The notes beneath the pieces were generated by a model that was not told where the DNA came from, did no database searches, and saw only the letters and a list, made by a program, of their open reading frames with translations. From Coralliovum pocilloporae (lineage in GTDB: Bacteria; Pseudomonadota; Alphaproteobacteria; Rhizobiales; Cohaesibacteraceae), in assembly GCF_030845175.1 (NCBI RefSeq), contig NZ_CP132542.1:1448607-1472606 (forward strand): 24,000 nt of DNA. Reading direction: 5' to 3'. Shown in pieces: positions 15,831 through 24,000 of this stretch. A program made the translations under genes and the position numbers. Position 1 is the stretch's first letter, and each line of letters opens with the position of its first letter.

Positions 15831-17174
15831 ATGAAAAGCCTCTCAAGAAATGCGTTGCCAAAAACGGCCGCACTAACCCTTCTCGGCGGCGTCGCCATGA
15901 CAACGGCTGCAGCAGCTCAGGAAACTGCAGCCCCCGTCTCTGTGGACGTCGCCAATATCTTCAACACCATGCTGTTCCTGGTTGGCGGCTTTCTGGTGAT
16001 GTGGATGGCCGCCGGTTTCGCCATGCTGGAAGCCGGTCTGGTTCGCTCCAAGAACGTATCCATGCAGTGTCTCAAGAACATTGCACTTTACTCGCTCTCA
16101 GGCCTGATGTTCTGGCTGATCGGATACAATCTGATGTATTCCGGTGTTGATGGCGGCTTCTTCGGCACACCAAGCCCTGTCAGCTTCCCGGACCCTGGCA
16201 CGGCAACTGCCGATCCGGATGCAAATTATGCGGCAGCCTCTGACTGGTTTTTCCAGATGGTATTCTGCGCAGCCACTGCATCCATCGTTTCCGGCACAAT
16301 GGCTGAACGGATTAAGCTTCTGCCATTCCTGATCTTCACTGTCATTCTGACCGGTATCCTCTATCCGATCACCGGATCATGGGAATGGGGTGCAGGCTGG
16401 CTCGACGCCAAAGGCTTCTCAGACTTCGCCGGTTCAACCCTGGTACATTCTGTCGGCGGCTGGGCCGCTCTTTCCGGCGCAATTATTCTCGGGGCTCGTA
16501 AAGGCAAATACGGCCCTGACGGTCGCGTCACACCGATGCCCGGCTCGTCCATGCCGCTCGCAACCCTCGGCACCTTCATCCTGTGGCTCGGCTGGTTCGG
16601 CTTCAACGGCGGCTCTCAGCTGGCCATGGGCACGGTTTCAGATGCAGCCGATGTGGCCCGGATCTTCGTCAACACCAACCTGGCTGCTGCTGCTGGCGTT
16701 GTTACCGTGATGGTGCTGACAGCAATCACATACAAAAAGACCGACCTGACCATGGCGCTGAATGGTGCGCTGGCCGGACTGGTCGCGATCACCGCAGAAC
16801 CACTGGCTCCCAGCATCTGGCTGGCTGTTGTGATCGGTGCCGTGGGCGGTGCGATTGTTGTGGTCGTGGTTCCTCTGCTCGACAAGCTCCGCATTGATGA
16901 CGTGGTCGGTGCCATTCCGGTTCACCTGGTCGCCGGCATCTGGGGTACTCTGGTTGTTCCTCTGTCAAATGGTGATGCCAGCTTCGGAGTTCAGTTGCTC
17001 GGTATTGTCTCTATCGGTGCCTTCACCTTCATCGCCAGCGGCATCATCTGGCTGATCCTGAAGAACACGATCGGCATCCGGGTTGGAGAAGAAGAAGAGG
17101 CACTCGGCCTCGACCGTGCGGAAGTCGGTGTGGAAGCCTATCCGGAATTCGGACAGGGCAGCCAGCGCTTCTGA
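15831..17174 (+). CDS. amtB: ammonium transporter with signal peptide
   Basis: ATG 15831 has GGAG upstream. The signal is MKSLSRNALPKTAALTLLGGVAMTTAAAA|QE. Amt motifs AGFAMLEAG and DFAGSTLVHSVGGW are present. The track ORF from 15657 overlaps glnK and is an artefactual extension. Confidence 0.95.
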   Translation: MKSLSRNALPKTAALTLLGGVAMTTAAAAQETAAPVSVDVANIFNTMLFLVGGFLVMWMAAGFAMLEAGLVRSKNVSMQCLKNIALYSLSGLMFWLIGYNLMYSGVDGGFFGTPSPVSFPDPGTATADPDANYAAASDWFFQMVFCAATASIVSGTMAERIKLLPFLIFTVILTGILYPITGSWEWGAGWLDAKGFSDFAGSTLVHSVGGWAALSGAIILGARKGKYGPDGRVTPMPGSSMPLATLGTFILWLGWFGFNGGSQLAMGTVSDAADVARIFVNTNLAAAAGVVTVMVLTAITYKKTDLTMALNGALAGLVAITAEPLAPSIWLAVVIGAVGGAIVVVVVPLLDKLRIDDVVGAIPVHLVAGIWGTLVVPLSNGDASFGVQLLGIVSIGAFTFIASGIIWLILKNTIGIRVGEEEEALGLDRAEVGVEAYPEFGQGSQRF

Positions 17175-17203
17175 TCGCAGAAGACCAAAAAACAGGCAAA
17201 ATC

Positions 17204-17242
17204 AAAATCCGCGCCGCTTATTTTATAGGCAGCGCGGATTTT
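17204..17242 (+). terminator. Rho-independent terminator after amtB
   Basis: AAAATCCGCGCCGC / GCAGCGCGGATTTT forms a 14-bp stem with one mismatch and an 11-nt loop, followed by a T-run. Confidence 0.7.
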
Positions 17243-17319
17243 CTATAGTCCCGCCAGTTCAACAGAACTTCCACATAACCTATTGAAAAGACGATTTCTT
17301 TAGCATCTGCCATTTTTTT

Positions 17320-17334
17320 TGGCACGAAACTTGT
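17320..17334 (+). promoter_or_regulatory. sigma-54-like promoter upstream of the second Amt gene: TGGCACG-N4-TTGT, preceded by T8
   Basis: TTGGCACGAAACTTGTT has correct -24/-12 spacing and deviates only at the -12 C. The -12 element ends 37 nt before ATG 17372. Confidence 0.5.
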
Positions 17335-17371
17335 TCTCCAGCAGCAACCAAACAAAGTCTGGAGACCCTCC

Positions 17372-18592
17372 ATGGAAGACGCCCTTATTGGTGCTGATGT
17401 ATTTTTTGTCCTTCTTGGCGCCATCCTCGTATTTGCCATGCATTCCGGCTTCGCCTTTCTCGAGGTCGGCACAGTCCGTCACAAGAACCAGGTGAATGCG
17501 CTGGTCAAGATCCTTGTGGATTTTGCCATTTCCACCGTCGCCTACTTCTTCGTTGGCTATCTGATAGCCTATGGCACGACCTTCTTTGTCAACGCCGCAA
17601 CACTGAGCGGTGGCGAGGGCTTTGAGCTGAAAGGCCTGTCTCTGGTCAAATTCTTCTTCCTGACCACATTCGCAGCAGCCATACCGGCCATTATCTCCGG
17701 CGGCATTGCCGAACGGATGAAATTCCTGCCGCAATGTCTGGCGACTGTTGCACTGGTTGGCATCGCCTATCCCTTCTATGAAGGGCTGATCTGGAATGGC
17801 AATTTCGGTCTGCAAGGCTGGATCGAGGCGACTTTTGGTGCCCCTTTCCATGACTTCGCCGGATCGATCGTCGTCCACGGTGTCGGCGGCTGGATTGCTC
17901 TGGGGGCTGTTCTGCATCTCGGCCCAAGACTTGGACGTTACACCAAGGATGGTCGCCCCATCGGAATTCCACCATCATCCATCCCCTGGCTTGCCCTGGG
18001 CTCATGGCTGCTCTGTGTAGGCTGGTTCGGTTTCAACGTGATGACTGCCCAGTCTCTTTCCTCTGTCTCAGGACTGGTCGCAATCAACTCCCTGATGGCC
18101 ATGGTTGGCGGCATTATTGCCAGCCTGATCATCGGTCGCAACGATCCGGGCTTCATTCACAATGGCGCTCTTGCAGGCCTCGTCGCCGTCTGTGCAGGAT
18201 CAGATGTCATGCATCCAATAGGCTCTTTCATTGTTGGCGGTGCTGCAGGCGGCATTTTCGTTGTGTTCTTCAATCTCTGCCAGAACAAGTACAAGATCGA
18301 CGACGTTCTCGGCGTCTGGCCTCTTCACGGCCTTTGCGGCCTGTGGGGTGGCATCGCTGCCGGTATCTTTGGTCTTGAAGCTTTTGGCGGTCTCGGAGGC
18401 GTCTCACTAGGCGCTCAGATTGTCGGCTCGCTCAGCGGGATCATCTATGCCTTTCTCGTAGGCTATGCTGTTTATGGTGTTCTGAAATCAACACTCGGCA
18501 TCCGTCTGTCTCCCGACGACGAACGGATGGGGGCTGACCTCGCCATCCACAAGATCAGTGCCAATCCCGAGACTGATCTGCCAGGCAGATAA
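17372..18592 (+). CDS. ammonium transporter (second Amt paralog, no signal peptide, no adjacent P-II gene)
   Basis: 406 aa with GGAG 7 nt upstream of the ATG. Amt motifs SGFAFLEVGTVRHKN and DFAGSIVVHGVGGW are present, and the profile is multi-TM. Confidence 0.92.
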   Translation: MEDALIGADVFFVLLGAILVFAMHSGFAFLEVGTVRHKNQVNALVKILVDFAISTVAYFFVGYLIAYGTTFFVNAATLSGGEGFELKGLSLVKFFFLTTFAAAIPAIISGGIAERMKFLPQCLATVALVGIAYPFYEGLIWNGNFGLQGWIEATFGAPFHDFAGSIVVHGVGGWIALGAVLHLGPRLGRYTKDGRPIGIPPSSIPWLALGSWLLCVGWFGFNVMTAQSLSSVSGLVAINSLMAMVGGIIASLIIGRNDPGFIHNGALAGLVAVCAGSDVMHPIGSFIVGGAAGGIFVVFFNLCQNKYKIDDVLGVWPLHGLCGLWGGIAAGIFGLEAFGGLGGVSLGAQIVGSLSGIIYAFLVGYAVYGVLKSTLGIRLSPDDERMGADLAIHKISANPETDLPGR

Positions 18593-18626
18593 ATTCGTAC
18601 AAACAACGCTAGTACCCCAATGACCT

Positions 18627-18650
18627 GGCCCGGGAAACCGGGCCTTTTTT
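18627..18650 (+). terminator. Rho-independent terminator (GGCCCGG-GAAA-CCGGGCC-TTTTTT)
   Basis: Perfect 7-bp GC stem with a GAAA loop and a T6 tail, 35 nt after the Amt stop. Confidence 0.85.
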
Positions 18651-18683
18651 ATGCGTGAATACACGGTCACAGATGTTTAAGGG

Positions 18684-18699
18684 TTAATGGGGAATTAAC
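18684..18699 (+). promoter_or_regulatory. perfect CtrA-box consensus TTAA-N7-TTAAC
   Basis: TTAATGGGGAATTAAC read directly from the sequence, 57-72 nt upstream of the aminotransferase ATG. It is also part of a 7-bp palindrome (GGTTAAT/ATTAACC). Confidence 0.5.
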
Positions 18700-18755
18700 C
18701 ATCTTCTCCTACGATTCGGCGACGGAAAAAGCTTCAGAACAGGGTACGGAACAGG

Positions 18756-20014
18756 ATGACTGCGTCTGGAAATCGATCTTTCGGCAGCAAGGGAACCGCT
18801 TTTCAGCGCCTGCATCAATTGCTTGCTGACACGACACCCGGGCGTGACGCCATCAATATGTCTATTGGCGAGCCGCAACATTCCGTGCCTGATTTCATCG
18901 CCGGAATACTGAGTGACAAGGCAAATCTGTTCAACAAATATCCGCCAATCAGCGGATTACCGGAATACAGGGAAACTGTCGCGTCCTGGCTTAACAAACG
19001 ATATGGCACGGGCGATCTGATCACCGCAGACAAAGGTGTCCTGCCGCTGAGCGGAACCCGGGAAGGGTTGTTTTTCGGCGCGTTGGAAGCCCGTCGCAGA
19101 TTGTCCAAAGACAACCCGGTTATTCTGCTGCCGAACCCGCTCTATGCGGCCTATGCAGCTGGCATCGTCGCAGCCGGATGCGAACCGGCGCTCATAGATG
19201 CTCCGGCAAGTCAGAACTTTTTCCCCGATTTCGACACACTTGATAAAGCCGTTCTTGATCGGACCGTAGCGATCTATTTCGCTTCTCCGTCCAATCCGCA
19301 GGGTGCTGTCTTTGATCTGGTGCAGTGGGCTGATCTGATTGAACGTGCCCGCACACATAACTTCTATATCTTTGCAGATGAGTGCTACTCGGAGATTTAT
19401 CGGAATACCCCGCCTCCTGGCGCTCTTGAAGCGGCCAGAGAGACAGGTTCGGCGGACAAGGTGCTGGTCTTCCACTCCCTCTCCAAGCGCTCCAACCTAG
19501 CCGGATTGCGCAGCGGGTTTGTGGCTGGAGATCCTGACTTTCTGGCAAACTGGGTGCAGTTCCGCAACATGGCGGCCCCTCAGGTACCGATCCCCGCGCA
19601 ATATGCAGCAATCGCAGCACTTGAAGATGAAGCCCATGTGATTGAAAATCGTCGGCTCTATAACCAGAAATATGCCATCGCAGATAGATTGCTTGCTGGA
19701 CGCTACGCCTATCAGAGGCCCGAAGGCGGTTTCTTTCTCTGGCTGGATGTTTCAGCTTTTGGAGATGGTGAAGCGATTACGAAGGCACTCTGGCACGAAG
19801 AGGGCGTCAAGGTCGTACCCGGCGCTTTCCTGTCGGAAGACATGCCGGACGGCAGCAATCCCGGAACGCCCTATATTCGACTGGCTCTGGTCAACACACC
19901 TGAAGAGACCGAGACGGCTCTGGCCCGCCTCAATGCACTGACAGACAGGCTAGCTGGCAGGCTGGCAGACAGGCCGGGCGGATCGGCCCAACCCGTATCA
20001 GGAGGTAACAGCTA

Positions 20015-20015
<1 letters not shown>
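18756..20015 (+). CDS. class I PLP-dependent aminotransferase, succinyldiaminopimelate transaminase (DapC)-like
   Basis: Motifs are [10 protein letters not shown], NPx[17 protein letters not shown] and [15 protein letters not shown] (PLP lysine). My recollection of DapC-type sequences supports the assignment; it was not checked by a search. Confidence 0.88.
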
Positions 20016-22669
<2,654 letters not shown>

Positions 22670-22792
22670 CGGTCGTTGTTTGGTCAAAATCTGACCCTAG
22701 AGCGTATCGCATAAAAGTGGGAACCGGTTTGGTGATAGCAGCTCGCTTTCACTCATAAACAGAGAACGGCACCACAGACCCGGACGGGTGAA

Positions 22793-23467
22793 ATGGAATT
22801 TAAAATGAAACAGATTGCGCCAACACCTTTCACAAGACGCCACCTTCTCAAAGGACTGGGCTGCCTCGGGGTCGCATCACTCATAGCGCCGAATGCTGCT
22901 GCAGCGTCCTTCACAGCGGAAGACCGCGATCTGCTTCAGAAGATTTCCGGATATTTTAACAGCATCCGCACGATGAATGGCGATTTCCTGCAGGTTGGCC
23001 CTTCCGGGAACCAGACCGAGGGCAAGTTCTTCATGGAACGCCCGGGCAAGATCCGCTTCCATTATCTGAAGCCGTCCACCATTGATATCATTGCAGATGG
23101 TGATTCTCTGGTCATCAAGGACCGGAAACTACAGACCCTTGATCTCTATCCATTGTCCCAGACGCCGTTGAAATTCCTGCTTGCCGATCAGGTGGATCTG
23201 TCCCGGGACAAGAAGGTTCTGCAGGTTCTGAAAGATACTGATATTATCCAGATCATGATGCACGAGGAGAGCCTGTTCGGCGAAGGTCGGATTACTCTCT
23301 TGTTCGATACGGCAGAGTTTGCCCTGCGTCAGTGGACGATTACCGATGCCCAGGGTCTGAACACATCTGTCGCCCTCTACAATGTGGAGACAGGCCGACC
23401 ACAAAATCCGAAACTGTTCGAGATTGATTATCTGGCTAACGCCAGACAGCATCGCAAAGACCGCTAA
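22793..23467 (+). CDS. lolA: LolA family periplasmic lipoprotein carrier
   Basis: LolA-like core F.Q......EGKFFMERPGKIRFHY..P....IIADGDSLVIKD, about 220 aa, in the conserved position after ftsK. The alternative start is ATG 22805. Confidence 0.85.
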   Translation: MEFKMKQIAPTPFTRRHLLKGLGCLGVASLIAPNAAAASFTAEDRDLLQKISGYFNSIRTMNGDFLQVGPSGNQTEGKFFMERPGKIRFHYLKPSTIDIIADGDSLVIKDRKLQTLDLYPLSQTPLKFLLADQVDLSRDKKVLQVLKDTDIIQIMMHEESLFGEGRITLLFDTAEFALRQWTITDAQGLNTSVALYNVETGRPQNPKLFEIDYLANARQHRKDR

Positions 23468-23559
23468 ACACACAACACTCTGTACAGATTTACCCACACG
23501 GGCTTGCGCCGGTTCTCTGATTGGTTAGGATCGCAGATCCCAGCCTTGAGAGGATCTTC

Positions 23560-24000
23560 ATGCCCATTAGACTTGTGACCTGGAACATCAATTCCGTGCG
23601 CCTGCGGGCGGGACTGGTTGAGCAACTGGTTGCCGATCAGAACCCCGACATCATCTGTCTGCAGGAAACCAAATGCGCGGATGACAAGTTCCCGCATTCC
23701 ACCTTCCGCAAGATGGGTTATGAGCATATCGCCATTCACGGACAGAAGGGCTATCACGGCGTCGCCACGCTCTCGCGCATTCCTTTTTCAGAACCTGAAC
23801 AGAAACGGGATTTCTGCGGCAAGGGCGATGCCCGGCACGTGGCCACCACACACAGTGTTAATGGCACCACCTTCACCCTTCACAACTTTTATGTGCCTGC
23901 CGGCGGCGATGAGCCGGATCCGGCAATCAATGACAAGTTCGCCCACAAGCTTGATTTTCTTGATGAGATGAAATCCTGGCTTACCGGCAGCGAAACCGAT
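23560..24000 (+). CDS. xthA: exodeoxyribonuclease III, 5' portion (continues past the window end)
   Basis: This gene is not in the ORF track because it has no stop in the window. ATG 23560 has GAGAGGA upstream. My translation MPIRLVTWNINSVRLR...DIICLQETKC...GYHGVA is the ExoIII/AP-endonuclease N-terminal signature, and the frame is open for 147 codons to 24000. Confidence 0.9.
   Translation, partial: MPIRLVTWNINSVRLRAGLVEQLVADQNPDIICLQETKCADDKFPHSTFRKMGYEHIAIHGQKGYHGVATLSRIPFSEPEQKRDFCGKGDARHVATTHSVNGTTFTLHNFYVPAGGDEPDPAINDKFAHKLDFLDEMKSWLTGSETD

Overview
This window looks like mostly core chromosome from an alphaproteobacterium, roughly mid-50s % GC by eye. Supporting that placement are a BioZ-type biotin operon, a CtrA-box consensus, and the ftsK-lolA-xthA and thioredoxin/LonN/Trm112 neighbourhoods.

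Gene order, left to right:
- a partial unknown gene (-)
- an AhpD-like peroxidase-related protein (+)
- prfC (+)
- an orphan secreted Cys-rich protein (-), transcribed divergently from an AraC-family regulator (+)
- a six-gene minus-strand unit: bioB-bioF-bioD-bioA-bioZ plus a GST-like gene, all overlapping or tightly spaced
- tRNA-Gly(GCC) (-)
- a ProX/YbaK-type deacylase (+)
- a thioredoxin-TPR protein, a stand-alone Lon N-terminal domain protein and Trm112 (+)
- a UbiH-family hydroxylase (-)
- tesB (+)
- glnK-amtB behind a sigma-54-type promoter (+)
- a second Amt transporter with its own sigma-54-like promoter (+)
- a DapC-like aminotransferase overlapping ftsK (+)
- lolA (+)
- the 5' part of xthA (+, not in the ORF track because it runs off the window)

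I saw no CRISPR array, transposase, integrase, or recognisable defence or secretion gene set. I cannot support a claim of a new multi-gene system here.

The only part that looks accessory is the low-GC two-gene insert at 2487-4106. The other leads are regulatory or architectural:
- a GST-like gene coupled to bioZ
- an inverted repeat over the predicted bioB promoter, with no full BioR box
- a perfect 14-bp inverted repeat upstream of glnK
- a perfect CtrA box upstream of the aminotransferase-ftsK unit
- a Tat-type signal on LolA

All family assignments come from reading motifs in the translations. No database search was run.
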